From the NCBI GenBank assembly GCA_020722005.1, contig DYLP01000009.1:12227-76226 (forward strand): a stretch of DNA of 64,000 nt, in the 5' to 3' direction. Below are positions 1 through 10,522 of the stretch, piece after piece. The notes beneath the pieces were generated by a model that saw nothing but the letters and a program-made list of their open reading frames with translations, ran no database searches and was not told where the DNA came from. The stretch comes from Melioribacter roseus. GTDB lineage: Bacteria > Bacteroidota > Ignavibacteria > Ignavibacteriales > Melioribacteraceae. How positions within the stretch are numbered: the first letter of the stretch is position 1; every line of letters starts with the position of its first letter. The translations under genes and the position numbers were made by a program.

Positions 1-676
1 TGCATTACTCAAAATTGACAGAAATATTTCTTTACGTCAGGATGCTACATTTCAAATAATGATGCTCGATTTGATGGGTGGTAAAAAGGTAGAAATATTC
101 CCCGGCAATTCGAATAATCCTCTCGACCCAGATAAAATTCATAATGGCTTGTTCCTCGGCGATATTTCGACTACAATGGCTCTGCTTGGCAATTTACAGT
201 CTGATTTGATTCATTTAATTAAAGAAGTTAATCTTACTCTCACCAAATTGAATAATACTCTTCTCGACGACCGCTTTACGGAGGAAATAACTGCTTTAGT
301 GAAAAATCTGAATTTTACGGTTGATAATCTCAATTCCTTTGTTTCACGTAACGACTCAAATATTGCGAAATTAATCTCCAATACAGTCAAAATTACTGAG
401 AATGTTGATAGCCTTATTTCAGAAAACAGAGATACTGTAAAAGTGTTCCTTAAAAATATGAATTTGACTTTGAATGAATCAAAGAAACTCTTAAATGAAC
501 TTAATTCAATGATACTTGAAACACGTCGCAGCGAAAATAATCTCGGTAAATTATTGTATGACGATAAATTCATGGAAGATATAAAAAATACGATGACAAA
601 ACTCAATAAACTCGTGGAAATTTTAGAGGAGCAAATGCGCGGCAAAGGTATCAAAGTGGACGTAAATATTTTCTGA
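1..676 (+). CDS. MlaD/MCE-family protein, 5'-truncated by the window edge
   Basis: Frame is open from position 2 (ALLKIDRNISLRQDATFQIMMLDLMGGKKVEIFPG), resembling the end of an MCE domain followed by a long heptad-rich helical region. Confidence 0.7.
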   Translation, partial: ALLKIDRNISLRQDATFQIMMLDLMGGKKVEIFPGNSNNPLDPDKIHNGLFLGDISTTMALLGNLQSDLIHLIKEVNLTLTKLNNTLLDDRFTEEITALVKNLNFTVDNLNSFVSRNDSNIAKLISNTVKITENVDSLISENRDTVKVFLKNMNLTLNESKKLLNELNSMILETRRSENNLGKLLYDDKFMEDIKNTMTKLNKLVEILEEQMRGKGIKVDVNIF

Positions 677-688
677 AAGAGGAGATTT

Positions 689-1066
689 ATGGTAATTGGA
701 CTAGGTATTGATATAATTGAGATCGACAGAATAAAGCAAAGTGTAGATAATTACGGCAAACGTTTTTTGGAAAAAATATTTACGGGTTCCGAATTGGAGT
801 ATTGCTTAAATAAAAAAAATAAATATCAGCATCTTGCAGCTCGCTTTGCGGCAAAAGAAGCAATAACCAAAGCTCTCTCTTCAGTTAATGTTATACCAGG
901 ATGGAAAGATATTGAAATCAGCAATCTTTCGAATGGGATGCCCGTTGTAATTCTGAGGAAAAATGAGATTAAAGAATTTCTCGGGGACAACAAAAAATTA
1001 TTGATATCAATGAGCCATTCCGACAATTATGTAACATGCGTTGCAATACTCACCACTACCTCCTGA
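689..1066 (+). CDS. acpS: Holo-[acyl-carrier-protein] synthase
   Basis: GLGIDIIEIDRI, AARFAAKEA and ISMSHS motifs; AGGAGA RBS. Confidence 0.96.
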   Translation: MVIGLGIDIIEIDRIKQSVDNYGKRFLEKIFTGSELEYCLNKKNKYQHLAARFAAKEAITKALSSVNVIPGWKDIEISNLSNGMPVVILRKNEIKEFLGDNKKLLISMSHSDNYVTCVAILTTTS

Positions 1067-1123
1067 AATTAGAACTTATTTCCTATATTTACCGTTTCAA
1101 TTGTAGATTTTTTAGAAAGGAAA

Positions 1124-2215
1124 ATGATGAACAAAAATCGTGTAATCGTTGCCATGAGCGGTGGTGTCGATTCTTCTGTTGCCGCTGCAATTTTGAAAAA
1201 GGAAGGCTACGATGTAATTGGAATTACAATGAAAACATGGGGCTTTATGGAAGTTGGAGGGGCTCCCAAACACGAGTCGGGTTGCTGCTCGCTCGATGCA
1301 ATTTTTGACGCTAAAAGTGTTGCTGAATTAATCGGTATTCCACATTATACAGTCGACTTCACAAAAGCTTTCGAAAAAGCAGTAATCGACGATTTCATCA
1401 ATGAATATCTCTCCGGTAGAACTCCGAACCCGTGTGTAGTTTGCAATCGCAAAATTAAGTGGGAAGAATTACTGAAAAAAGCTGATTCGCTCGATGCACA
1501 ATATGTGGCAACAGGACATTATGCATCGGTAGAAAAAATTAACAATAGATTTACATTGAAATATTCAAAAGACCATAAGAAGGACCAGACTTATGCTCTA
1601 TGGGGGCTTACGCAGGAAAGCTTATCACGCACATTATTCCCGCTCGGTAAATATACAAAAGAAGAAGTGCGATCAATTGCGGCTGATTTTGGATTGAAAA
1701 CAGCAAGTAAACCTGATAGCCAGGAAATTTGTTTTGTGGCTGATAATAATTACGAACGCTTCTTACGCGAAAGAATTCCCGAAGTGGTCAACGAAATTCA
1801 GGAAGGTAATCTGGTATATCATGGTCAGATAGTGGGTAAACACAAAGGTTTTCCATTCTATACAATTGGTCAACGACGTGGACTTGGAATTTCATTCGGT
1901 AAGCCTGTCTACGTGAAAAATATCGACAATGAAACAAATGCAATTGAAATTGGCGATAAAGACGAACTGCTAAAAAAGTACGTTAAAGCTTCGGATATAA
2001 ATTACGTAAGTCGACCTTCATTAAATGAAGGCGATAGAGTATTTGGAAAAATAAGGTATTCAGATACTGCCACAGAAGCGGTTGTCTTAAAATCGTCTCA
2101 AGATGCCATTGAAATTGAATTTTTAGAACCTAAAAACGCAATAACTCCAGGACAATCTCTCGTTCTTTATGACAGTGATGGTTACCTTCTGGCTGGAGGA
2201 ATAATTGATAAGTGA
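1124..2215 (+). CDS. mnmA: tRNA 2-thiouridine synthase
   Basis: AMSGGVDSSV, TPNPCVVCN, ATGHYA, KDQTY, SQEICF and TIGQRRGL motifs. Confidence 0.97.
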   Translation: MMNKNRVIVAMSGGVDSSVAAAILKKEGYDVIGITMKTWGFMEVGGAPKHESGCCSLDAIFDAKSVAELIGIPHYTVDFTKAFEKAVIDDFINEYLSGRTPNPCVVCNRKIKWEELLKKADSLDAQYVATGHYASVEKINNRFTLKYSKDHKKDQTYALWGLTQESLSRTLFPLGKYTKEEVRSIAADFGLKTASKPDSQEICFVADNNYERFLRERIPEVVNEIQEGNLVYHGQIVGKHKGFPFYTIGQRRGLGISFGKPVYVKNIDNETNAIEIGDKDELLKKYVKASDINYVSRPSLNEGDRVFGKIRYSDTATEAVVLKSSQDAIEIEFLEPKNAITPGQSLVLYDSDGYLLAGGIIDK

Positions 2216-2279
2216 TAGGATGGCATCTTTCATAATTAATCTATTTTTTGCATATTGCACACCGAATTATAACATATTG

Positions 2280-2300
2280 TATAATTTTGAACGAAGGAGG
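2280..2300 (+). promoter_or_regulatory. Candidate -10 box (TATAAT, 2280-2285) and Shine-Dalgarno (AAGGAGG, 2294-2300) for the HNH gene
   Basis: Consensus matches in the mnmA-HNH intergenic region; a possible -35 TTGCAC at 2255-2260 has long (19-nt) spacing. Confidence 0.4.
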
Positions 2301-2302
2301 TC

Positions 2303-2836
2303 ATCTTCGAACGTAAGTTCGGGTCAAACGGAGCGCTTAATGCGAGGGTTCTACTACTTAATCAGAGTTACGAACCCCTTACAATTTGTAACGTTAAAAA
2401 AGCAATTATATTACTGCTGATGGGTAAAGCAGAATTAGTTGCAAAAAATAGCGCTCGACAAATTAGAACCGTGAGTAAATCTTATCCCTGGCCAAGCGTG
2501 ATTAAGTTGAAGGATTATATTCGAATTCCTTATAAAAAAATTATTCTCACCAGAAAAAATATACTCAAACGGGACGGTCATCGATGTGCTTACTGCGGAA
2601 GAGGGGATTTACCATTGACAGTCGACCATGTTATTCCGAAATCAAGGGGAGGAACCGATACTTGGGAAAATCTGGTGGCAGCGTGTTTGCCGTGTAATAA
2701 TAGAAAAGGGGACAGAACTCCTGAAGAAGCGGGTATGAAACTTAGAATCAAACCATATACACCCAATCACATACTTTTTATCAAGTCGGCTGCTGGCAGA
2801 ATCGATAAGGCATGGAAACCTTTCCTCTTCGATTAA
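2303..2836 (+). CDS. HNH endonuclease (McrA/HNH_5-like); true start probably upstream of ATG 2420
   Basis: RDGHRCAYCG...TVDHVIPKSRGG...NLVAACLPCNNRKG. The in-frame upstream segment encodes the family-typical VLLLNQSYEPL motif. Start position uncertain. Confidence 0.85.
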   Translation: MFERKFGSNGALNARVLLLNQSYEPLTICNVKKAIILLLMGKAELVAKNSARQIRTVSKSYPWPSVIKLKDYIRIPYKKIILTRKNILKRDGHRCAYCGRGDLPLTVDHVIPKSRGGTDTWENLVAACLPCNNRKGDRTPEEAGMKLRIKPYTPNHILFIKSAAGRIDKAWKPFLFD

Positions 2837-2901
2837 AAGTAAATTTCCTTTTTTTTCTTTATTTTTGTGCTCTATATTCATTAATTTATTCTAACTAAAT
2901 T

Positions 2902-3882
2902 ATGGCTAATAAAAGAATTCTAAGCGGTATGCGCCCTACAGGTAAATTGCACCTTGGACATTATGTAGGCGCACTGGAAAACTGGATTAAATTGCAAAAT
3001 CAGTACGAAAGTTATCACCTCATCGCCGATTATCACGTTTTGACTACGGATTTATCCACTGAACATATTTATGACAATACAATTGAAATGGTTATAGATT
3101 GGCTATCGTCGGGGCTCGATCCGGATAAAAGTCCTTTCTTTCGTCAATCCCAGATTAAAGAACATGCAGAACTTTATTTAATTTTTTCAATGCTAATTAC
3201 AAAAGCTCGTCTGGAAAGAAATCCCACATTAAAAGAGCAGATTCGTGATTTGAATATCGAAAACGTTGTATACGGACACCTCGGTTATCCTGTATTGCAG
3301 GCTGCCGATATTTTATTATATAAAGGCGAACTGGTGCCTGTAGGAGAGGATCAGGTTCCGCATATCGAAATCACACGTGAAATTGCCAGAAAATTTAATA
3401 ATCAATACAAGCAAGTTTTTCCTGAACCGGAGCCTCTTCTTACAAGTTTTTCGCGTTTACCTGGTCTTGATGGCAATGCTAAAATGTCGAAATCGATTGG
3501 GAATGCAATTCTTTTGTCCGACGAGCCAGAGACGGTCAATGCAAAATTAAGAAAAGCCGTAACCGATACTTTAAAAGTACGGAAAAACGATCCGGGACGT
3601 CCAGAAATTTGTCTGGTATTTACATATCACAAAAGATTTAATCCTGAGGAAACAGAAAGTATCGATGCCGATTGCCGTAGCGGCGCTCTCGGATGTGTGG
3701 AATGTAAATCGAGGTGCGCAGCTAAAATTAATGAATTTCTCGAACCAATTATCGAAAAACGAAAATATTACGAACAGAATATTAACCTGGTAAAAGATAT
3801 ATTGCACGAAGGTGAAGCTAAGGCAAAAGTTGTAGCACAACAGACGATGGACGAAGTTCATTCAAGTATGAAATTCGGATAA
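2902..3882 (+). CDS. trpS: Tryptophanyl-tRNA synthetase
   Basis: SGMRPTGKLHLGH (HIGH), YPVLQAADIL, VPVGEDQ and KMSKS. Confidence 0.97.
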   Translation: MANKRILSGMRPTGKLHLGHYVGALENWIKLQNQYESYHLIADYHVLTTDLSTEHIYDNTIEMVIDWLSSGLDPDKSPFFRQSQIKEHAELYLIFSMLITKARLERNPTLKEQIRDLNIENVVYGHLGYPVLQAADILLYKGELVPVGEDQVPHIEITREIARKFNNQYKQVFPEPEPLLTSFSRLPGLDGNAKMSKSIGNAILLSDEPETVNAKLRKAVTDTLKVRKNDPGRPEICLVFTYHKRFNPEETESIDADCRSGALGCVECKSRCAAKINEFLEPIIEKRKYYEQNINLVKDILHEGEAKAKVVAQQTMDEVHSSMKFG

Positions 3883-4601
3883 TGTATAAAATCAAACTTA
3901 CACAATTCGAAGGACCGCTCGACCTTCTGCTTTTTTTTATTAAACGGGACGAGCTTAATATTTACGATATCCCAATATCGAAAATTACCAAAGACTTCAT
4001 GGACTATCTTAAAATGCTACAGCAACTCGACCTCGAGATTGCCGGTGATTTTATTTTGATGGCTGCCACTTTAATGCAGATAAAAGTTAAAATGCTCCTC
4101 CCGAAAGAAGTGGACGAAAAAGGTGAAGAAATCGATCCGAGAGCCGACCTCGTAAAAGCACTACTGGAGTATAAAAGATATAAAGAAATGACCGAAGAAT
4201 TTAGCTTTATGGAATCGAATATGAGAAATTACAGCTTCCGTAGTAATTTCGAATACGACGAGAAAGAAAAATCCGCCAACTTAGATATCTTGTTGAAAAA
4301 TATTTCCATCTACGACCTTATCAAAGCTTTCAAAAAAGTAATTGAATCGAAAAAGGATGAACCCGTTCACCAAATTAAAAAATGGAATGTTACAATTGAA
4401 GAACAGATGGATTATATTGACAAAAAAGTGAAATTGAACAAGAGAATTACATTCAATGAATTGATGAAAGAGATGATAAACAAAATTAAGATTGTTGTTA
4501 CGTTTATTGCCATTTTGGAGATGGTTAAATCGGGTAAAATCGGTATCGAAGAATCTCCAAATTTTAATGACTTTATAATCTACGGGCTATCTGATGGATA
4601 A
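3882..4601 (+). CDS. scpA: Segregation/condensation protein A (kleisin)
   Basis: FEGPLDLLL, IYDIPI and C-terminal TFIAILEM. Confidence 0.95.
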   Translation: MYKIKLTQFEGPLDLLLFFIKRDELNIYDIPISKITKDFMDYLKMLQQLDLEIAGDFILMAATLMQIKVKMLLPKEVDEKGEEIDPRADLVKALLEYKRYKEMTEEFSFMESNMRNYSFRSNFEYDEKEKSANLDILLKNISIYDLIKAFKKVIESKKDEPVHQIKKWNVTIEEQMDYIDKKVKLNKRITFNELMKEMINKIKIVVTFIAILEMVKSGKIGIEESPNFNDFIIYGLSDG

Positions 4602-5250
4602 TATTTATTATTCGGTTATTGAAGCGTTGATTTTTGCTTCTGACGAACCTTTGCCAGCTAAAGAAATTGTCAACGCCATTAAAGAAATCGATGGTGCGGA
4701 TATCGATATCTCGGTCGAAGAAATCGACGCGGCAGTTAATTTGCTTAATGAAAAATATGACGAAAACGGACATGCATTTAAGATACTCAGAATCGCTAAT
4801 GGTTATATTTATGCTACAAAAGCAGACCATGCAAAATATGTCGGATTCCTTTCAACCGAAAAGAGTAAACGTCGACTGAGTCAAGCTGCTCTCGAAACTT
4901 TAGCAATTATAGCTTACAAACAACCAATTACAAAGCCAGAACTTGAAACAATACGTGGTGTGAATTCCGATTATACTTTGAATACTTTGCTCGAAAAGAA
5001 TTTGATTACTATCAAAGGTAGAGCAGATACCATAGGGCGTCCGCTTCTTTACGGCACTACGGACGAATTTTTAAAATACTTTGGATTGAATAATATTTCC
5101 GATTTGCCTAAACCACGTGAAATCGAAGAGATTATGAAAGACGAGGATTTTCAGGAACAAAAACGAAGAATAATGATGAATAAAATCGAAGAAGAACTTG
5201 AAAATGAAATTAACGACGAAGGCGCAAATGATGAAGATACGATTGAATAA
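4594..5250 (+). CDS. scpB: Segregation/condensation protein B
   Basis: IEALIFAS, LSQAALETLAIIAYKQPIT, IRGV and GRPLLYGTT. Confidence 0.96.
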   Translation: MDNIYYSVIEALIFASDEPLPAKEIVNAIKEIDGADIDISVEEIDAAVNLLNEKYDENGHAFKILRIANGYIYATKADHAKYVGFLSTEKSKRRLSQAALETLAIIAYKQPITKPELETIRGVNSDYTLNTLLEKNLITIKGRADTIGRPLLYGTTDEFLKYFGLNNISDLPKPREIEEIMKDEDFQEQKRRIMMNKIEEELENEINDEGANDEDTIE

Positions 5251-5944
5251 ATTTCTTTCGGAATGTGGGATCTCCTCTAGAAGAAAATCGGAAGAATACA
5301 TTAAAATGGGAAGAGTTTCCGTAAATGGTAATATCATCACCGATTTCAGTTTTTATGTCGATCCTGCGAACGATATTGTTTATCTCGACGGAGAAAAACT
5401 TAGGCCTGAAAAAAAAGTTTATTTTCTCCTCAATAAACCCAGAGGTTTTATTACAACGACAAGTGACGAAAAGAATCGGAAAAAAGTTACTGATCTGATT
5501 AAAACTAAATACAAGATATTTCCTGTCGGTAGACTCGATTACAATACAACGGGCGTGCTTATATTGACAAACGACGGAAATTTTTCGAATTTCTTGACGC
5601 ATCCGAGCAAAAAAATACCGCGCGTTTATCACGCCACGCTCGATAAACCACTGTCTAAAGAAGATGCAGATAAATTGTTGAAAGGAATTTATCTCGATGG
5701 TAGAAAAAGCAAATTTGAAGAAATTAAAATCATCAACTACAAAAACAAAAGAACAATGAAAGTTACAACCATAGAAGGCAGAAATCATTTTGTGAAGAGA
5801 ATGTTTGGACAGCTTGGTTATTTTGTAAAATCTTTAGAACGAGTCAGCTTCGGAATATTTAATGTCGAAAAGCTTCCATATGGATCTTATAGAGAAATTA
5901 CGATTAACGAAATTGAAAAAGTTTATAAAATCTATGATAATTAG
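5228..5944 (+). CDS. rluB: rRNA pseudouridine synthase (RluB/RsuA family)
   Basis: S4 domain RLNKFLSECGISSRR and catalytic PVGRLD. Follows scpAB. Start at ATG 5228 or 5231 rather than 5198. Confidence 0.85.
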   Translation: MMKIRLNKFLSECGISSRRKSEEYIKMGRVSVNGNIITDFSFYVDPANDIVYLDGEKLRPEKKVYFLLNKPRGFITTTSDEKNRKKVTDLIKTKYKIFPVGRLDYNTTGVLILTNDGNFSNFLTHPSKKIPRVYHATLDKPLSKEDADKLLKGIYLDGRKSKFEEIKIINYKNKRTMKVTTIEGRNHFVKRMFGQLGYFVKSLERVSFGIFNVEKLPYGSYREITINEIEKVYKIYDN

Positions 5945-7403
5945 ATTTATCCCGATATTACTCCTATCTTGCTTTGTCTATGCTCAGAACGATACGTTGA
6001 AGGAGCAATATTCAATTAAAGAATTAAGAGAACAACTCGACGATTCTTTTAACGACCCGTCATTAAATAATGCTTTTGTAGGAGTTTTTATTAGGTCATT
6101 AAAGTCTGGAGAAACAATTTACAAAAAAAATCCGGACAAGTTATTCATACCAGCTTCGACAGTTAAACTCTTTACAACATCCGCAGCGCTATTTATATTG
6201 GGACCAAATTTTACGTACGAAACTACAATTTATACCGACGGCGAAATTACGAACGGCATTTTGAAAGGAGATTTGATGATATCCGGGTCGGGTGACCCAT
6301 CGATTTCCAATCGATTTTACAACGGAGCACCAACGGTAATTTTCGAAGAGTGGGCTCAACAGCTGATAAACAAAGGTATCAATAAAATTGAAGGCAATCT
6401 TTATTTCGATGACCATGCATTCGACGATATATCACTGGGAGAAGGATGGGCATGGGATAACGAAAGTTATTGGTTTGCTGCACCCTCTGGTGCTCTCAGT
6501 TTTAATGATAACTCCATTGAAATTACAATCAGTCCAGCCGGTTTAAAATTTCCTGCTAAGTATAAAATTTCTCCAAATACAAATTACGTTAAAGTCATTA
6601 ACAGAGCAGTCACTACTGATGACGAGACAGAAATCGACGTAACAAGAGAAAGAGGCTCTAATGTAATTTATATTACCGGTTCGATTAATATTAAATCCGA
6701 ACCAATAGTAAAAAATATTTCAATTAGCGGACCTGCATCCTATTTTATGACAGTATTTAAAGAAACTTTGAATGCTCGAGGTATTCAGGTGGAAGGAAAA
6801 ATTCTCGATTACAACATTACAGATAAATTTATTATAAAAGACGAGATGACTGCTTTGCTGATTCATCGATCGGTTCCATTGTACAGAATAATTAACGAAA
6901 CAAATAAAAACAGCAATAATTTTTATTCAGAGCAACTTCTAAAAACAATAGGACTTGAAGTTTACGGGTATGGCTCGGCTGAGAATGGTCTGGACGCCTG
7001 CAGAAAACTTTTTAATGAAATCGGTATTAATGTTGATAATCTCAATCTTGTAGACGGTTCCGGTTTGTCGAGGATGAATCTTGTGACACCGCGTCAAACT
7101 GTCAATCTGTTGACTTATCTCTTTAAATCGGAAATGTCGGACTATTTTTATAATTCTTTGCCAATTGCAGGCTTCGATGGAACTCTTGCAAATCGAATGA
7201 AAAATACTCATGCCAGAAATAATTTAAGAGCAAAACCGGGTTACAGCCCCGATATATCAACTCTTGCAGGTTATGTTAGAACTATTTCCGGCGAAATTTT
7301 GGCATTCTCTATATTTATTAATAACTATTTGTCATCATCTAATTTGGTAAATTATATAATTGATAATGCCTGCAACAAATTAGTCAATTTTGTCAGAAAT
7401 TAA
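5934..7403 (+). CDS. dacB: D-Ala-D-Ala carboxypeptidase/endopeptidase (PBP4, peptidase S13)
   Basis: Signal peptide from ATG 5934; PASTVK (SxxK), GSGDP, SNN (SxN) and DGSGLSR. The KTG motif reads KPG. Confidence 0.9.
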   Translation: MIIRFIPILLLSCFVYAQNDTLKEQYSIKELREQLDDSFNDPSLNNAFVGVFIRSLKSGETIYKKNPDKLFIPASTVKLFTTSAALFILGPNFTYETTIYTDGEITNGILKGDLMISGSGDPSISNRFYNGAPTVIFEEWAQQLINKGINKIEGNLYFDDHAFDDISLGEGWAWDNESYWFAAPSGALSFNDNSIEITISPAGLKFPAKYKISPNTNYVKVINRAVTTDDETEIDVTRERGSNVIYITGSINIKSEPIVKNISISGPASYFMTVFKETLNARGIQVEGKILDYNITDKFIIKDEMTALLIHRSVPLYRIINETNKNSNNFYSEQLLKTIGLEVYGYGSAENGLDACRKLFNEIGINVDNLNLVDGSGLSRMNLVTPRQTVNLLTYLFKSEMSDYFYNSLPIAGFDGTLANRMKNTHARNNLRAKPGYSPDISTLAGYVRTISGEILAFSIFINNYLSSSNLVNYIIDNACNKLVNFVRN

Positions 7404-7415
7404 TACGGAGGAAAA

Positions 7416-8924
7416 GTGGAAAACCATAATCTCGAAACAGAATATAATTCATTGATAAAAAGAAGAAGAGAAGAATTCGAGGAATTAATTAAACGAGGCA
7501 TTCTCCCTTATGCATATAGCTATGATGTCGACTGCAATTCGATCGGTATAAAACAAAATTATGAGAAATACGAAGGCAAAGATGTAAAAGTTGCGGGACG
7601 CATTATGGCATTGAGACGCATGGGAAAAGCTACATTCGCTCATATTCAGGATAGTAAAGGTAGAATCCAGATTTATCTGAAAAAAGATGATCTGGGGGAT
7701 ATGTACGATATTTTTAAACTACTCGATATTGGAGATATTATCGGAGTGGAAGGATTTGTTTTCAAAACTAAAACGGGTGAGATTTCGGTACACTCAAAAT
7801 CGTATCAACTACTTGCCAAATCCTTAAGGCCTATTCCGATTGCCAAGGAAGTTATTGATGAAAACGGAAATAAAATTATTTATGACCAGTTTGCAGATAA
7901 AGAGTTAAGATACAGGCAAAGATATGTAGACCTGATTGTTAACCCTGAAGTTAAAGATGTTTTTATCAAAAGAGCACAAATAATTTCGCAGATTAGAAAA
8001 TACCTGGACGATAACGGATTGCTCGAAGTAGAGACTCCAATCCTGCAACCTTTATACGGAGGCGCTGCTGCTCGTCCTTTCATTACTCATCATAACGCTC
8101 TTGATATCGATTTATATTTAAGAATTGCTGACGAGCTCTACTTAAAACGTTTGATAGTAGGTGGTTTCGATGGCGTTTACGAGATATCAAAAGACTTTAG
8201 AAACGAAGGAATGGACAAAACGCATAATCCGGAATTTACTATGCTCGAGCTTTATGTGGCTTATAAAGATTACGAATGGATGATGGGATTCGTCGAAAAA
8301 ATGGTGCTGGAACTGTGCAATAAGGTATTCGGCAAAACGCAATTTGAAATCGAATGTACGGAAATTAATTTCAATCCTCCCTGGAAGCGAATATCAATGG
8401 TTGATGAATTGCTTAAGGTTACTGGAATCGACGTGCTGAATGCTAATTATAACGATCTGGTAAAAGCTCTTAAAGAAAGAGGCATAGAACCGAAGGGAGG
8501 TGAATCGAAAGGCAAGTTGATTGATGAGTTGTTCGAAGCTACAATACAACCTTCCTTGATACAACCTACATTTGTTATTGATTATCCATTAGAACTTTCG
8601 CCGCTTGCCAAAAAGCACAGAGCAAAAGAAGGATTGGTAGAAAGATTTGAAGGTTTTGTGCTCGGCAGGGAAATATGTAACGCCTTTAGCGAATTGGATG
8701 ACCCGATCGACCAGAAAAAACGTTTCGAACAACAGGCAAAAATGCGAGAAGAAGGCGATGAAGAAGCTCATCAGATTGACGAAGATTTCGTAAGAGCACT
8801 CGAATATGGTATGCCTCCTACAGCTGGTTTGGGAGTTGGTATCGACCGACTTGTCATGTTACTTACAAATCAGCCTTCGATCAGGGACGTTATCTTATTC
8901 CCGCAAATGAAACCGGAAAATTAA
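7416..8924 (+). CDS. lysS: Lysyl-tRNA synthetase (class II)
   Basis: [21 protein letters not shown] and [13 protein letters not shown]; GTG start after GGAGG. Confidence 0.98.
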   Translation: MENHNLETEYNSLIKRRREEFEELIKRGILPYAYSYDVDCNSIGIKQNYEKYEGKDVKVAGRIMALRRMGKATFAHIQDSKGRIQIYLKKDDLGDMYDIFKLLDIGDIIGVEGFVFKTKTGEISVHSKSYQLLAKSLRPIPIAKEVIDENGNKIIYDQFADKELRYRQRYVDLIVNPEVKDVFIKRAQIISQIRKYLDDNGLLEVETPILQPLYGGAAARPFITHHNALDIDLYLRIADELYLKRLIVGGFDGVYEISKDFRNEGMDKTHNPEFTMLELYVAYKDYEWMMGFVEKMVLELCNKVFGKTQFEIECTEINFNPPWKRISMVDELLKVTGIDVLNANYNDLVKALKERGIEPKGGESKGKLIDELFEATIQPSLIQPTFVIDYPLELSPLAKKHRAKEGLVERFEGFVLGREICNAFSELDDPIDQKKRFEQQAKMREEGDEEAHQIDEDFVRALEYGMPPTAGLGVGIDRLVMLLTNQPSIRDVILFPQMKPEN

Positions 8925-8926
8925 GA

Positions 8927-10522
8927 ATGAAGAAAATTATTTCTGCGATAATCATTTCGATACTTCTCGGATTTTTCCTGGGTGTAAAACTCGACGATTT
9001 ATTATTCCCTTTAAAAGACGTTCAACTCGATAAGTTCGAAAAAGCTTACAGGTATACTTCTTATTTCTATGTCGATTCGCTCAATGAGGAAGAGTTGATG
9101 GACAATGCAATCGAAGGTATGCTTAAAAATCTCGATCCACATTCTGTTTATATAACCCCTGAAGAATTCTCGTTCGAAGAAGAAGAGATGCGAGGTAATT
9201 TCGAGGGTATCGGCATTGAATTTCAAATACTGAAAGATACAATTGTTGTAGTCTCTCCAATAACCGGCGGCCCGAGCGAATCAGTTGGTATTTTAGCTGG
9301 CGACCGAATTATTAAAATTGAAGGCAAGGACGCAACTGGACTAACGAATGAAGATGTAATAAAATTGTTGAGAGGTAAAAAAGGATCTACCGTGAATGTT
9401 ACGGTATTAAGACCATCCTCAAATTCAACAATTGATTTTACTATTGTAAGAGATAGAATTAATTTAAACTCCGTTGACGTTGCTTTGTTATATAACAGTA
9501 ATATTGGATATCTCAATTTGACACGCTTTTCGGAAACTTCAACCAACGAAGTTATTGAAGCACTCAATCGACTTCGTAAAGAGGGGATGCAAAAACTTGT
9601 GCTTGATTTGAGAAATAATCCGGGAGGACTTCTCACACAAGCATTTAACATTGCTGATTTATTTATCGACAGCACAAAGATGATTGTCTACACAAAGGGA
9701 AGATATGCTGAATTTGACGAGGAATTCCGCGCTCGTCGTAATTATCCATTCGAAAAATTACCATTGATAATTCTAGTAAATCGCGGCTCAGCTTCAGCCA
9801 GTGAAATTGTCGCCGGTGCAATTCAGGACTGGGACCGTGGTTTGATTGTTGGCGAAACAACTTTCGGGAAAGGCCTGGTTCAGAGACAATTTGTTCTCCC
9901 GGATAATTCAGCCTTGCGAATTACTGTCTCAAAATACTATACTCCATCAGGCAGAGAGATACAGAGAAATTACAAGAATCGAGAAGAGTATTACAATCAA
10001 ATTAACTACAGAGAGGAAACCGATTCAATTAATATCGACCATAATTATGAAGATAGCTCTGCTGTAATTTTTTATACTAAACACGGGCGTAAAGTTTTTG
10101 GAGGCGGGGGCATTACTCCCGACATCATTATCGACGCCGAAAGGAGTTCTGACTTTCTGGTTGATTTACGAAAAAATAATATTTATTATCAATTTGTAAG
10201 AAATTATCTCGATAAGAACGGACAAAAACTGAGAAACCTTTACTCTTCAGACATGAATTACTTCTTGCACAATTTCGACTTCGACTCGAAAGAGGTCAAT
10301 GAATTCTTGCGGTTTGCTAAAAACAATAATATTAAATTTTCATCTAAAGATTTTCAAGGCAGCAAAAAATATGTGCTCGGTATATTAAAAGCGTTTATTG
10401 CGCGCGAACTTTTTAAAGAGAAAGGATGGTATTCTGTACTTTTGAATATCGACAGACAATTTCAGAATGCACTACAGTATTTTGAAGAAGCGACTAAATT
10501 ACCGGGATTTTATGGAAACTAA
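8927..10522 (+). CDS. ctpA: S41 C-terminal processing protease (PDZ + S41)
   Basis: LDPHS, FEGIGI, DLRNNPGG, SASASEI and TFGKG. Confidence 0.9.
   Translation: MKKIISAIIISILLGFFLGVKLDDLLFPLKDVQLDKFEKAYRYTSYFYVDSLNEEELMDNAIEGMLKNLDPHSVYITPEEFSFEEEEMRGNFEGIGIEFQILKDTIVVVSPITGGPSESVGILAGDRIIKIEGKDATGLTNEDVIKLLRGKKGSTVNVTVLRPSSNSTIDFTIVRDRINLNSVDVALLYNSNIGYLNLTRFSETSTNEVIEALNRLRKEGMQKLVLDLRNNPGGLLTQAFNIADLFIDSTKMIVYTKGRYAEFDEEFRARRNYPFEKLPLIILVNRGSASASEIVAGAIQDWDRGLIVGETTFGKGLVQRQFVLPDNSALRITVSKYYTPSGREIQRNYKNREEYYNQINYREETDSINIDHNYEDSSAVIFYTKHGRKVFGGGGITPDIIIDAERSSDFLVDLRKNNIYYQFVRNYLDKNGQKLRNLYSSDMNYFLHNFDFDSKEVNEFLRFAKNNNIKFSSKDFQGSKKYVLGILKAFIARELFKEKGWYSVLLNIDRQFQNALQYFEEATKLPGFYGN

Noticed and set aside
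340-355. parS-like TGTTTCACGT at 340 and CACGTG words near 3375 and 39105
   Set aside because: Only half-sites, inside coding sequence; not the 16-bp palindrome.
2420-2836. HNH protein as a homing endonuclease or Cas9/IscB fragment
   Set aside because: No intron or intein context, no RuvC motifs, no repeats; matches the stand-alone HNH family.
7230-7245. Frameshift in dacB at the A-run (would give KTG with one extra A)
   Set aside because: The reading frame downstream remains DacB-like to the stop, so this is a substitution rather than an indel.
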